A DNA stretch of 64,000 bases, from contig OX597823.1 in NCBI GenBank assembly GCA_951406725.2, forward strand, positions 69,750,001 through 69,814,000, written 5' to 3'. Shown one piece after another: positions 28,480 through 41,154 of the stretch; the stretch's first letter is position 1; each line of letters opens with the position of its first letter. Under the pieces are notes generated by a model. The model had not been told where the DNA came from. It ran no database searches and saw only the letters and a list, made by a program, of their open reading frames with translations. The position numbers and the translations under genes are program-made. The stretch is from Octopus vulgaris (lineage: Eukaryota).

Positions 28480-29250
28480 TAAAAATTCCAAAATCTGCAA
28501 AACTCAGGTACAAATTCTTCATGGTTCAAAGCTTTGCGTACTTTTTACTCACCCTGATATAAAATACTTTTATGAACTAGGAAAAGTGTCTAAACTTGAT
28601 CAGTGGGTCCCACGCCACCAGTCTGCCTCTCTGGTTGTCATTGAAGAGTCGACTTGCTACCGAACTTTTCCTAAGTATAATCATCACACATGATGAGAAC
28701 TGGCTTCCCTATGATTATATCCAAGAAAAACGACAATAGTTGGCACTCAGTAAAATAGTAGTATCTACCCCCAAAGCAAGGTCACACTCGTAAAAATGCT
28801 ATGCTCTGAATTTGGTGAGATATGAAGTCCCCTATCGTGAAGTGTTAAATCATAACGAAACAATTAATGTAGAGAAATTATTTGTCTTCAGTTGGAAGCA
28901 TTGTAAAACGATTTGTAGAAAAAACCTGCCCATTATTGGTCAATCGTAAAGGGGCGTTGCTCTTACACGATAAGGCAAAACCCCGCATTACGCAAGTTCC
29001 ACAAGAAATAATTAAGGCACTGAATATGGAAGTTTTGCCTCATCTGCATTCTGTCTGCATTTTCAAATCATTGCTATATTATTTAAAGAGAAAACAGTTT
29101 ATTAATTGTGAAGAGATTAAAAATGATATTAGTATTTATTTATTTATTTTTGGCTTCGAAACCAGAAGAATTTTATACCCAACTGAACAACAATTTGCCA
29201 AATACACGAGATTGTGTTAATCATAATAAGAGAATCCGTTTCCTTGATTA
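28480..29250 (+). mobile_element. Degenerate mariner transposase relic
   Basis: LGKVSKLDQWVP, ITHDENWL, LVNRKGALLLHDKAKP and EVLPH motifs across frames; no clear TIRs. Confidence 0.8.
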
Positions 29251-29644
29251 AATATACCAATTAAGATCAAAGAAGTATTTGTTTCCTCCACTCCCATCTT
29301 CAAATCCAACAGGGTTTATTTATGCGTACGTATTTGTCGTTAATGGCACCAAAGGATTTACAAATTAATCATGTAGATATGCGAATAAACATTATAATTT
29401 AATAGGAAACAAGAAAAAGACTATTATAGTTAAGATATCCGGTGACTTCATATATCATCATCGCAGCTAAGACAATGCAGAGTCAAGGCAATCGTTTAGT
29501 TATTTCTGAGGTTCAGCGAACAGTAAGTACAGTAGAGTGCATATTGTGTATATATACATGCATTGTGTTGCTTTTAACAAATGTATATGACATAACATAA
29601 ATTTAAGTCTAATTATAAAATTATAGTGTCATCAGGAGAAGAAT

Positions 29645-29755
29645 ATGCATATGTATGTGTATGTGTGCGTATATACATGTGTATATATATATATGTATGC
29701 ATATATATATATATGCATATGTATGTATATATATATATATGTATATGTATATATG

Positions 29756-29790
<35 letters not shown>

Positions 29791-29826
29791 GTATATGTAT
29801 ATATGTATATATATATATATATATGT

Positions 29827-29873
<47 letters not shown>

Positions 29874-29934
29874 AATGTATATATATATGTATATGTATAT
29901 ATATATGTGTGTGTATATATATGTATAAATATGC

Positions 29935-29985
<51 letters not shown>

Positions 29986-30060
29986 TAACATACACAAACA
30001 TACATACCTACATATATATATATACATACATTTATATAATATATATATATATACATGTGT
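29645..30060. repeat. Imperfect (TA)n/(TATG)n low-complexity tract
   Basis: Directly visible. Confidence 0.95.
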
Positions 30061-31779
30061 GCGTGTGTGCCTGTCAGATCCATGCTCTCGTAAGAGGGTT
30101 TTTTCTTTTAACTCATTACTGCAGAAAGTAGAAATAAATTGAATATAATCGCTTGAGCAATAATATGAAAAATTATTCAATTCCATTATCTTACAGATTA
30201 TTGCTATTTTTGCTATTGATAAATAGATGTAATTTTCGTAAATTTGACAAAATTGTTCAGAACATAATGAGACATTTCTGTATTATATTCAAACGATAAA
30301 TACATTAATCTTTAAATATTAATGAATTCAAGGAGGAGATTTTGAAACAAATTTTTGGGAATTTTGTTTTTGTCTGTTTTTACATCTTTTAATGGGAAAC
30401 ATAATTTTAATTGGAATACAAGGCAAACACAAAGTTTGCAATCATTTGGATTATGGATAAAATTAATGTTAATCATAAACATACAAGGGCGAAGATGGAG
30501 AATCTGTAAGCGACTATTAAATTATAAATGATAAATCTATGAGGTAATTAATAAAACCAAAATTGCAAAATAATTTTAATTTGATTTTCAGATAATGCCC
30601 AACGAATATGATGGAGTAGTTAAAATGATAGTAATTGAATTTGTCGCTGTAGGTTCTGAGTTCTCATTTCTGTATTGAACTTTTTCCCATGGCCTGTGTC
30701 ATATTCGGTTTGAAAGCGTAAGAACAGATGTTTTGTTTTTTTTTGTTTTTATGTTATGTTTCTGTTTGATAATCACGTTCTGCTATTCCAGTTTGTATAT
30801 CTCTCCGTTCGAGTACCTAAGTACCTTTAGTTTTTGTATCTCCTTCGGTTTGAAAAAGGAAGTATAGTTACTTCGGTTTTTATAACTTGCTGTTTGAAAG
30901 ATGCTTTTTTTCTGTACTTGAATCGAATCATGTTAGTTAGCTCTGCCTCTTCCAACAAACATGCAGCTTTGGTGTAGTTTGGTGTATCGTAAATAATATC
31001 AGTAACATCACAGAATTTATTAAAGCAGTTATGAAATGGGTTGAAGTTGTTGTTTAGTGCCAGATAGGGCCTGAATGTGCAGATAAACCTTTAAAAACGG
31101 CCTTATGTAAAAAGAAATCCAAAGTTGTCAATTGGAATTGAAGATCACATACTATCATATGCCATGTTTTTACAAATTGTTTCAGAGTCTATTTAGGCAC
31201 AACCTCTCAATTTTCCCATACGTGACCCATCTAAATATCCAGAATCTGGATAGTAGAGACAAAGAGGACTCACTCTGCCATCATTCAGCTCGTAGTCAAG
31301 AAGAATAGAGTGGGGAAACTTGAAATGAAATGCCTTATTCAATAATGCAACACCCTCACCACTCCATGGATGTGGAACCCATATGGTAATGATAGTGTGT
31401 TCAACACTCTACAAGGCCACGCTGCTTCTCATTGCGTTTATAAAACTACATTATATAATGGTAGAATTAGATTTCAGGTAGATTTAATTGTATACATACT
31501 AAATTCGCTTTTGTGTTGAATACATTAAACTGCTGAATTCTATATAAACATTTTTTTATCAAACTCAAGAAGCCTGCTTTCAAAAGATTCTAGCTGAGAC
31601 CACCCGGCCCATGGTCCATTATATTGCGATAAGAGCAAATTTTCTATGGTAGTTACTATTAAATTAAACGACCACATGGAAAGTAACTCATTTATTAGAA
31701 GCATTCGTCCCCTGAACTGCACGTCACTGCACTGTTCCAAAGGACCCAGTGTGAGGAACATGTACGGTAATAGCTTGGG

Positions 31780-32303
31780 AAGTGTTATCAAGTACATTTT
31801 GTCTTGGTACAAAAGATGGACTACGGGAAATATTCTGCTCAATGCCACAGTTGTTTTGTCTTAACCAGTTGAGCCTTTTCCTTAGTGGCCGACGATATGT
31901 GCATCTCTGACCACGAGCAGTAGTGAGGGAGCATCATAGCCATGCGTTGAGAGGAATTCTTTGGGATTTGGATAATTCACCATTGAAAACATGGGTGTTT
32001 TGTTCAACATCCTTAAGCAACCCTTCTTCAGGGACCTTTTGAGTGAGATGAGCTACTCGACCTGAAGAAAATTCTAACTGGGTGCCACCTGCAAGGTCAT
32101 GCACTGTTTATCTTGATATGAGATCACCATGTCGCGCACATATGGTTGTGATGCATGTGCCTGGTGCACCCTTATCGGACGGGTAGTCATGATAGGTATA
32201 CCGGGCTTCGTATATTTTACCCCAATCTCACTTTGATGGCATGCGCTGCTCTCTCACTCAAGAAGAAGAAGAAGAAGAAGAAGAAGAAGAAGAAGGAGAA
32301 GAA
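31780..32303 (+). mobile_element. Probable non-LTR retroelement 3' region ending in (AAG)n tail
   Basis: GC-elevated non-coding block ending gctgctctctcactc followed directly by (aag)n; family not assignable from sequence alone. Confidence 0.5.
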
Positions 32304-32304
32304 C

Positions 32305-32467
32305 ATCAGCAAAAAATACCTTATGAATGAGAACCCAGGGTTGGAATCAAAATTTTACCAGGACATCTGATGAAAGCTGGAGAGTAAATCAACCGAAATG
32401 TTGTGGTAACAAACAAGATTAGGACACATATCCGTCCAATGAAAATAATGGAAATAATGTACATTCT
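32305..32467 (+). mobile_element. Penelope-like terminal-repeat remnant with decayed minimal hammerhead (32362-32407)
   Basis: gacat-CTGATGA-a-agctg...caacc-GAAAT-GTT-gtggt; homologous to 41025-41145 (minus). Confidence 0.6.
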
Positions 32468-33707
32468 TGTTAGTTTATGATCCGTTTATTAGATATATTA
32501 GCACTCTATCAACACTTCTCTAAGATATTTTTCATAGTGGATTTTAAGTCTGACATAAATACGGAGTATAATACACATACTTGACAGTTTGATAGTTATT
32601 CAAAATGTTATTCAGCGGTAGTAGTTTTATTGTTCCAATCTCAGTGCTACGTTTACTGAGACGATGATGTGCTTGCGTAAAATAAACTAGAACTTTCTGG
32701 CTCTATTTTCTCTTTTATTTGTCATTGTCTTTATTGGAACTTTTGTTACAGCATAAAATATCCCTGACAACACAGAGACCCAAAACAAATTCGAAATGTG
32801 TTTCACATAAGAGAGCAGTGACTAACAATACTAACTTTATGCAGTCAGTCAACCTGCTTAAAATTTCAACCAAATATCTTTCAAATGACACTACTGTCTT
32901 GACGAGCGAAACACCCGTTGAACAAGGAATTCCTCAATGCACTACACCTGAAATTTAGGCGAAGTGGTCATGTTTGAAATGGCTGTGGTCATATGTATTC
33001 TCGATCAAAGCTCGTTGGAAACTAATCAACAGCAATAAGAAAATTTTAGATCAACAATTTGAAAAGGTTTCCCGATTGTTACTGAATAAAATTTGCGTAT
33101 CACAGTGTTCTAAAGTTTAGAAGTGGTACAAGTTAATTATGACACCAACAAAGTTCATAAGTTTTAATTTCAGTTTTCCTTTATTAATTAAATGATGCTT
33201 TGACCGAATGAATACTATTGAGAGATATCAGGAGACAAGTCATTGATTCGAAGCATTAAACATTGTTGGAAAACTGACCCTAGAGGCCTAACAACACTTA
33301 AACATAATAAATCAAATAATGTAAATTTTAAAAGTAGGTTTTATACAAAGACATTTTCTGTAAAATTATCTAGACATCAATAACTTTTATATCGATTTAA
33401 TTTTTGAAGTTCTCTTTAAATCTTATATCTGTTTATCTCTAGATTATTTTATATTTTTCTAATTCTCATGTTATGAATACAAATTACACAAAAATTATTT
33501 AGAATTAATATTCGTGTATATTTTGTGTCGCACTCTTAAAATTATACATTTGAAATGTTCTACTTTCCATTTGAAGCTTTGTTTTTCTTTAATGTAATTT
33601 TTAAAAAACCGTCATATTTAAATATAGTAACATTGAGAGTTGTACATGGCAGAATACTTGTAGCACTAGAATAAAAAAGATGCGTCGCCATTCTGTATCT
33701 TCTCACA

Positions 33708-33891
33708 TAAGAAAATACTGGAGTATGAGTTAATAATGATCTTATTCAACATATCCCCCTCTCAGATTCACACACTTATTGCAGCGGCCTTTCAGTCGTT
33801 CTGAACCCTGTAAAAGAACTCGGTAAGTTGGGCCTCCAACCAGACCTTTTGCGATACCCTTCAAGCCAGGACCTTTTCAGCACCCGCCTTG
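33708..33891 (-). mobile_element. Internally deleted mariner (MITE-like), one TIR visible
   Basis: Minus strand TA|caaggcgggtgctgaaaaggtcctggct joined to a transposase C-terminus (CNKCVNLRGGYVE*). Confidence 0.7.
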
Positions 33892-36161
33892 TACACATTC
33901 AAATTACTTACCCCTCAACATTTTTGTCCACCCAGCTCAAAGTTCTATTAAAAGAGATATACGATTCATAATTCCAGTTGGTGGAAGAGTTGTTTGTTGT
34001 AATTTGATCAAAAGCCGACCCTGACTCTGTAGCTTTATATGATCATAAACACTCTAGACTTGAACAACCAATTTTTTGTGTCTAACGGTAATTGTACGCT
34101 AAACTTCATTATGAATTGTGCGTCTTTTATGGCTGCTCTCTGAGATTAATAGAGATTTATCTGTTGTTTAAAGCAGTTCGACCGATCTCATTGGAAGTGC
34201 TATAAAAGTGGCGTTTGGTTAGCCTCTAGTTCCAATTTCAATCCTATTGCAATTGAAAAGTGGCGGATGAAAGGAGAGTTCAGCATGCTTTTTATTATTG
34301 GATTGAGTGAAGTGTCTGATCCTATACGTGGACTCAATTGTTGTAACTGGTGGTTTACCTCCAATACCTACAAGAATGACCACTTAGATAATGAGGAAGC
34401 TTCTATGTCGTGCTCGATCGGCTAGAAACAGCCGCCAAATGTCCCTACAAATCACGCGCTACCGTCTTTAAGGATGACGGTGGATGAGTTTTCCGCACAT
34501 TCTGTCTAAGAAAAAGATTACATGGCCGTTGAGTAAATACTTTTGATTAATATGTCTACTGGGCTCAAGGTTACCATGAGGTTTTTAAAAAGCAACAGCC
34601 ATATGTCACACAAATTTTTTCTTGAGTTTTGGAAATGTCACAAATAGTAGAGAGAACGATGGATGGATTCTATCAAAGTAACTCCTTGTTTATACATTCA
34701 ATCTGACTATCTTCTGTCATTCTTTACCTTTTATCATTTCAGTGGGGGGGAAATCTATATAATTTGGCCTTCTAATAGGTTGGATTTTGTCATATATTTG
34801 AGTATACTTGTCAGACATCTGAATTACTGCAGCTACTGCCCAAATCACCAGCACACCAACAAGCTTTATCCTCCACACATTCACTGTTTCTGCGACTGCA
34901 AGTAAACCTGCTCCTACTCTTCCAAACTTTATAGCTATATACCATGGTTAAGTTAGTGTTTGAACATTTCGTATAATGTAAGGCAAAAACAAGACCAGCT
35001 CAGTGATTTTTATTATTTTAACTATTCCGATAACAGACGTTTTGCTATAATTAGACACTGCTTTTTCTCAATAAGCATTTTCTATTGTCTTTCACTATAT
35101 AAATTCTACACTAATCACTTAACCGAATCACTTTTGTAAGGATCCGTAACCTGATAGAAGACGTGACCTTTTTTCTGTCCACGTTCTCATAGCAGTCATC
35201 AATCTGGGGTATTTGAGCCTTCTCATGATGAAGGACCAACAAAGGTTGGTATCCTTTTGTCAGTATCCTTTTGCCACTGTATAAAAAATGAAGAAGAAAA
35301 ATGTTTCATTAGCCAGAATATTTGCCAGAACACAAGAAAGTTCTCTACTATAAAGAAACAGCTCACAACAATAATTGCGGCGCCATTTCTCAGTTTACAT
35401 ATGGTGTTGTGGTTGGAATGCTGAGTCGTAGCTTCGATTCCTGCACCGAGCAGTGTATTGTGTCCTTGAGTAATGGGCTTCTTTTTATGCTATTTATGTG
35501 TACCAATCCAATGCTAGTGCAACTCTCTACTCTTCTGCTGTCCTATCATAGCAGTCGCCAACCTGGGGTATTTCAGCCTTCTCATCATGAAGGACCAACA
35601 AAGGAAAGGGTCAGTATCCGTCTTCCATTGTATAAAAACTGAACGAAAAAAGTGTTTCATTGGCCACAACAAATATTTAGTTGTGAATATTTGCCAGAAC
35701 GCGAGAAAGTTCACTGCCTCAGACAGTGTTTATGGTTGGTCACTACTACATACGCATCTAAACTAATTAGCGAAAGACTGTTATATGTTACCAAGTCATA
35801 CTTGCTAGTAAGTGACTGTTTACATTATTGATGTGCAACGTTCTTAGTGATGCAGCATCAAGTGGGTACGGTCGATGTATCCAACTGTCTTGTTTGAAGT
35901 ATTGGCTCAATATACCATGAAGGTAGGCTACTTCCCTCAAGCGAATTTACTTTAAATACGCTGTATTGATATGGCTTGAGGAAGTATACTATAGCTGAAG
36001 TTGACTTCGTATTAGAAGGATATATTATAAATGTAAGAAGATATGTATATATGTACGTGTGCATAAACACATACACGCACAAACGCACACAAAAACACAT
36101 ACAAAAACACACACACATACATACATACATACAGGTTGACTGACTGCATAAATACATACAT

Positions 36162-36214
<53 letters not shown>

Positions 36215-36399
36215 CTGAAGAGATGCAGCGTAGCTTCAAGAGATCTAGCAATAAATATCATACATAGACAGACAGAAGACAGCTCCAATACGTTGCTTCT
36301 AAGATATGTTTATGGTAACACAATTGTGTGTGTCTGTGTGTGTGTCCGTGTACCTGTATATACACAAATATATATACATGTGTATATATGCATAAAACC

Positions 36400-37060
36400 A
36401 TAAGCAAATATGTATATGTGCAGATTTGTATTTTTGTTTTATGTATGTTTTCTCATGTATATAGTTGGTGGAGGCTCATGGCCTAGTGGTTAGAGCAGCG
36501 GACTCGCGGTCAACGGATCGCGGGTTCGAATCTCAGACCAGGCGATGTGTGTGTTTATGAGCGAAAGGTAATGGCGAACTTCTGCTGATTCTTTCGCCAC
36601 AACTTTCTCTCACTCTCTCCTCTTGCATCTTGCAGCTCACTTGCGATGGTCCGGCGTCCCGTCTAGGTGGGGAACCTATACGTCAAGGAAACCGGGAAAC
36701 TGGCCCTTATGAGCCAGGCATGGCTCGGCAAGGAACAAACATGCATATAGTTGCGTATCAAATCATGTTCATATATATGTAAATGATAAACTTCTAAAAA
36801 TTTTATTGGTTTTTACTGTTCCAGTGATGGATTGGATCTGTAGTCTTCGAATAAGCTTTCATCTCTCTGGTTTTAAGAAGCCTAATTTCTGAAGATTGGT
36901 ATTTAGACAGTGCGTTACATATCTCAGGGCACCAATAATTACACGTATACACCTGAACTTGTAATCTGAATAGAGTAACTGCAGATTTCTCGATAGTTCA
37001 GCATAGGTGTTCTCTTTTTCACTGATCTTAAGCTTTATCTTAATATCCGCTGGGCAACTA
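36400..37060 (-). mobile_element. R4/Dong-type (RLE) non-LTR retrotransposon 3' end, interrupted by a family C SINE
   Basis: SCPADIKIKLKISEKENTYAELSRNLQLLY...VIIGAL resembles the RLE C-terminus; the 3' UTR resumes beyond the SINE. Confidence 0.75.
36468..36739 (+). mobile_element. tRNA-derived SINE family C with 14-bp TSD
   Basis: tggcctagtggttagagcagcggactcgcgg...gggttcgaatc A/B boxes; TSD catgtatatagttg (36454-36467) / catgcatatagttg (36740-36753). Confidence 0.9.
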
Positions 37061-37294
37061 GTGTATGTGTGTATGTATGTATGTATGTATGTATGTATGT
37101 ATGTATGTATGTATGTATGTATGTATGTATGTATATATGTATGCATGTATGTATGAATGTATCTATATATGTCATTGTTCGGTTTTATTTCAAGATTTCT
37201 TGCCAATAGAGGAGCCGGTTTCTAACCCAGATCTAAGGCTCCATCATTGGAATTTCAACTATGTACGTATGTAATATATGTATGTATATAGGTA

Positions 37295-37327
<33 letters not shown>

Positions 37328-37369
37328 TGTATGTATGTATGTATGTATGTATGTATGTATGTATGTATG

Positions 37370-37398
<29 letters not shown>
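37061..37398 (-). repeat. (TATG)n arrays enclosing the terminal 90 bp of the RLE-LINE 3' UTR (37170-37259)
   Basis: ttttatttcaagatttcttgccaata.aggagccggtt.ctaacc.agatc.aaggctcc.tcattggaatttcaac also present at 46610-46700. Confidence 0.75.
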
Positions 37399-37400
<2 letters not shown>

Positions 37401-37589
37401 GATTTGAACCAGACACTTTCTAGTTGCGAAGTGAACTTCTTAATTACTATTTCTTTATAACATGTCAATCGTCATCACAGAGCCTTTCATTGGCTCTCCA
37501 AGCTGCTGGTAGGTAGCAGAATTACAAATCGAAACAGATTACTATGTTTTATAGAACATTAATGTTCGTCCAGACCAATGAGATGGACT

Positions 37590-37975
37590 TCTACTGGGTC
37601 GCTCTAGTGCTAGAAGCAATAGCAAAAATCTACCCTCAAATCCTAGAAATTTTAACTTGAACTCCTTTAAGTCTCACTGTACCAGAAAATGACATATTAG
37701 AAAATGTGATTGGATGATCATGGTTAGAATTGTTTTCGACATAATCCTACCCGTTCATGGCTAACACCAACACGAAATAAGGTCTAGTTGAGCCAACGAA
37801 GAAGACTAACCCTCCTTGAAATCACATCCTACCACCTTAGAAACGAACACGATATATAATGTCGTCCTGAGTGCTGTTCACTTAAGAAGAAAACGGGATG
37901 GTCTTGGATGGAACGAACTTTGTCGTAAATAGGTCTGCTCAATCAGAGATGTCTTGGGGCTAAACAATTACAACG
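37590..37975 (+). repeat. Repeat family E, stacked degenerate copies
   Basis: ccctcaaatc / gggatggtc / ggtctgctcaatcag / ggggctaaacaa motifs. Confidence 0.55.
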
Positions 37976-38161
37976 TCTGTCGGTGTTTTTATTATCTATT
38001 CACCAGTTGCAAAACTTGGTACCTATCACCTGGCAGTCAGTAGAAATCATATCGTTTAAAGTCGGATAGAAGAATCTAGTAAAATTATCTAAACCAGTAC
38101 GCATGAGACAGCTCTCTAATTTTAGCAGCATATACAGAAAAAAAGTTTTATTTATTGAATT

Positions 38162-38356
38162 AGGAGCGGCTGTGTGGTAAATAGCTTGCTTACGAACCAC
38201 ATGGTTCCGGTTTCAGTCCCACTGCGTGGAACTTTGGGCAAGTGTCTTCTACTATAGCCTCGAGCCAACCAAAGCCTTGTGAGTGGATTTCGTAGACGGA
38301 AACTGAAAGAAGCCCGTCATGTTTATATATATATATATATATATGCGTGTGTGTGT

Positions 38357-38393
<37 letters not shown>

Positions 38394-38627
38394 TGTGTGT
38401 GTGTGCTTGTCTGCCTGTGTTTGTCCCCTACCCAACATCGCTTGACAACCGATGCTGTTGTATTTACGTCCCCGTAACTTAGCAGTTCGGCAAAAGAGAC
38501 CGTTAGAATAAGTATTAGGCTTACAACGAATAAGTCCTGGGGGCGATTTGCTCGATTAAACGCGGTGCTTCAGCATGGCCACGGTCACATGACTGAAACA
38601 AGTAATAGAGTAAAAGAGTAAAGAGTA
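38162..38627 (+). mobile_element. SINE family B, full length
   Basis: Head, CORE-like segment, (TA)n(TG)n insert and (aaagagt)n tail as at 20630. Confidence 0.9.
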
Positions 38628-38715
38628 TGCTAAAGGATGTTTCCATCAACTTGTGAAACCCTTTTCCCGAATTAGTTTCTGTCTATATTTGCTTGTATAT
38701 GTGCATCTATACGTA

Positions 38716-39108
38716 TGCATACGTGACTGTGCGGTAATAAATCTGCTTCCCAGCCACTTGGTTCTGGGTTCAGTCCCACTGCGTGGCACCTTGGAGATGT
38801 GTCTTCTACTATAGCTACGAGCCAACAAAAGCCTTGTGAGTGAATTTGGTAGACGGAAACCGAAACAAGCCCATCTTACATTTAAATGAGTGTATGTGTG
38901 CCTCTGGGTCTGTGTTTGTCCCCCACCACTGCTTGATCACTGATGTTGGCCGATGCCTGTATATTTATATCCTTTAAGATAGCGGCTCGGCAAAGCCTAG
39001 AGTTAGTACCAGGCTTTAAAAAAAGGTACTGGGATCAATTTGATCGGCTAAAATTTTTCAAAGTGGTGCAGCATCGTGGCTGCAGTCTAATGACTGAAGC
39101 GAGTAAAA
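38716..39108 (+). mobile_element. SINE family B, older copy
   Basis: ggttcagtcccactgcgtggcaccttgg, gccttgtgagtgaatttggtagacggaaac, tgactgaagcgagtaaaa. Confidence 0.8.
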
Positions 39109-40400
39109 TATATATCAATATATATATATATATATATATATATATCATTACATTATGTCGCATAAAACATAATATATGATATATATATATACCTTTGCAT
39201 ATATATACATACATATATATATGTGTGTTTGTGTATGTATAGATATATGTATACGTGTATATATGTATGCAAGTAACTATACACAGACATTTGAAAAGGA
39301 ACTAATAGAATTTGATGGAGGAATTTTTTTTTCTTCACTATTTGATATCTGAGAAGTTGATAGAATTTTTAAAAGATTTTCAAACTAAATTTAAAAGCAC
39401 ATCATTTGATATTTAAACAACACCTTGAAAGTATTTTTGCTTCTTACTAATAAATACACTAATTGTGTCATATTCTAACATATAAAAAAATGATTTATAT
39501 TTCAAAATATATTCTTTAATTTGTGTTTCAAAATGACATTTCTATACTTCAATTTATCAGCATTTTTCTTATATCCTTGCAGAAATATTACTCAAATGTG
39601 ACATTTGATTTCCAACGTTATTGTTTTGTATTTTTTTTTTTTTTTTTGTGAACGCATTTCTCCGATGTTCTCAAATGTAATGTAATCTTTTCATTACTCT
39701 ATCACTTTTATTTTAATACGATATTCCATTGTCAGAAGGAACAAATCAAAAAGAAAAAAAAAGATTTATTTTTAGAAATGAAAAACAAAAATGCAAATTT
39801 GTTATCAAACTACCAACATTTGTAGTTTTATGTTGTTGTTAATTTTATTACAATAAGATGTTAATATTATTATATTCCCAGACTTATTGTTGTTGTCATT
39901 GCTGCTGCTACTGTTGTTGCTGTTGTTGTTGTTGTTGTTGTTGTTGTTGTCAATATCGACTGTGTATGACGTGCAGCGCTAAACTTTTGCAAATTTTTTA
40001 ATGTAAGTAGCTTAACTTTATTTTTTATTGTCTCGTTGAAGTTTGTAAGAAATTTAGTAATTAGGTAAAAGCATTCCTGGTGTAATGTCTACTTTGTAGA
40101 GAAACATAACATTTGAACTGTATTGGTTGTTGGGGAACATCGTAAGGAAGTAATTGTAGGAAAGGACTTCGAAAATAAGAGAAGCAATGACAGGTAATAC
40201 GCTTCTAAAAAATATATGAACCTTCAACGTGGCCTGCTGAGCTGCTAGAAATAGCAATAAGATATCCTTCAAATCTCACCTTAGCATCTGAAGGATACAC
40301 AAGACAAATATAATACCAGGTAACCTATAAAAAGATGGGATGGTCACGCTTAAGATGTTTTGGCCCGTAGGTGTGATCAATTAGAGCTGAGCCTGAGCTG

Positions 40401-40467
40401 ACGTATTCATTAATTGACCTTGTAGTTATTATTTAATAACAACTAGAAGGTCAATTAATGAATATGT
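40401..40467. repeat. Near-perfect palindrome (30-bp core arms, 2 mismatches)
   Basis: tattcattaattgaccttgtagttattatt-t-aataacaactagaaggtcaattaatgaata. Confidence 0.9.
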
Positions 40468-41081
40468 TTCCACCCGCACAAAAAGACACAAGAACAGGGA
40501 TAATAATAATAATAAAAGAAGATTACATTGGATGATATAGTCCAATATATAAGGAGTGTTGGAAAAAGACAGGATATTTAAGGTATGGAACGTATTTTAT
40601 CAACATTCTGAATCATGAATGACTTGGGGATAAAAGAAACAAAAGCAACTGTGTATGCAACGATGACATTAACACTAACAGCTTTGCAAGAACAGCGCTG
40701 GAAGCGCCATTCATAAGCCAATATAACTCCGAAACATATTACGGATAGAACATGTACAATAGGATATACAAAAGAAAATTATATTGAAGCAAATAAATTT
40801 CAACGAAGAAACACATTCACACAGATAGCAACAGCAATTCCAACAACCAGACCAACGTTCCATAATTTGGTACCGTTGTAGGACAAAGAAAGTGAGAGTG
40901 AGTCATCTCAGTGAGAAGAAGGAATAGACAAAATAAGAAAATAAATCACAGTGCAACCTTGCCTGACAAATTAATCCGCGGAAAGGTGAGGGAAATGGTG
41001 ATAAACTCTAAAGGATTCATTATTTTTATTATTTACATTGTTCACATTCGACAGATATTTGTCTTCATCTTGTTTGCTGTT

Positions 41082-41127
41082 AACACAACGTTTCGGTTGA
41101 TATACCCCCCAGCCTTCTTCAGGTGTC
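41082..41127 (-). ncRNA. Minimal type I hammerhead motif in a Penelope-like terminal-repeat remnant (41025-41145)
   Basis: Minus strand gacac-CTGAAGA-a-ggctg...caacc-GAAAC-GTT-gtgtt; stem III reduced to palindromic ACGT. Confidence 0.65.
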
Positions 41128-41154
41128 TTGGGGAAATTTCGAACACTGTTAGCT

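Noticed and set aside
30240-30950. Possible PLE RT and GIY-YIG remnants
   Set aside because: Motifs are too decayed to support by eye.
36468-36545. tRNA-like sequence with A and B boxes
   Set aside because: It is the head of a TSD-flanked SINE, not a stand-alone tRNA gene; the same applies to the other SINE heads.
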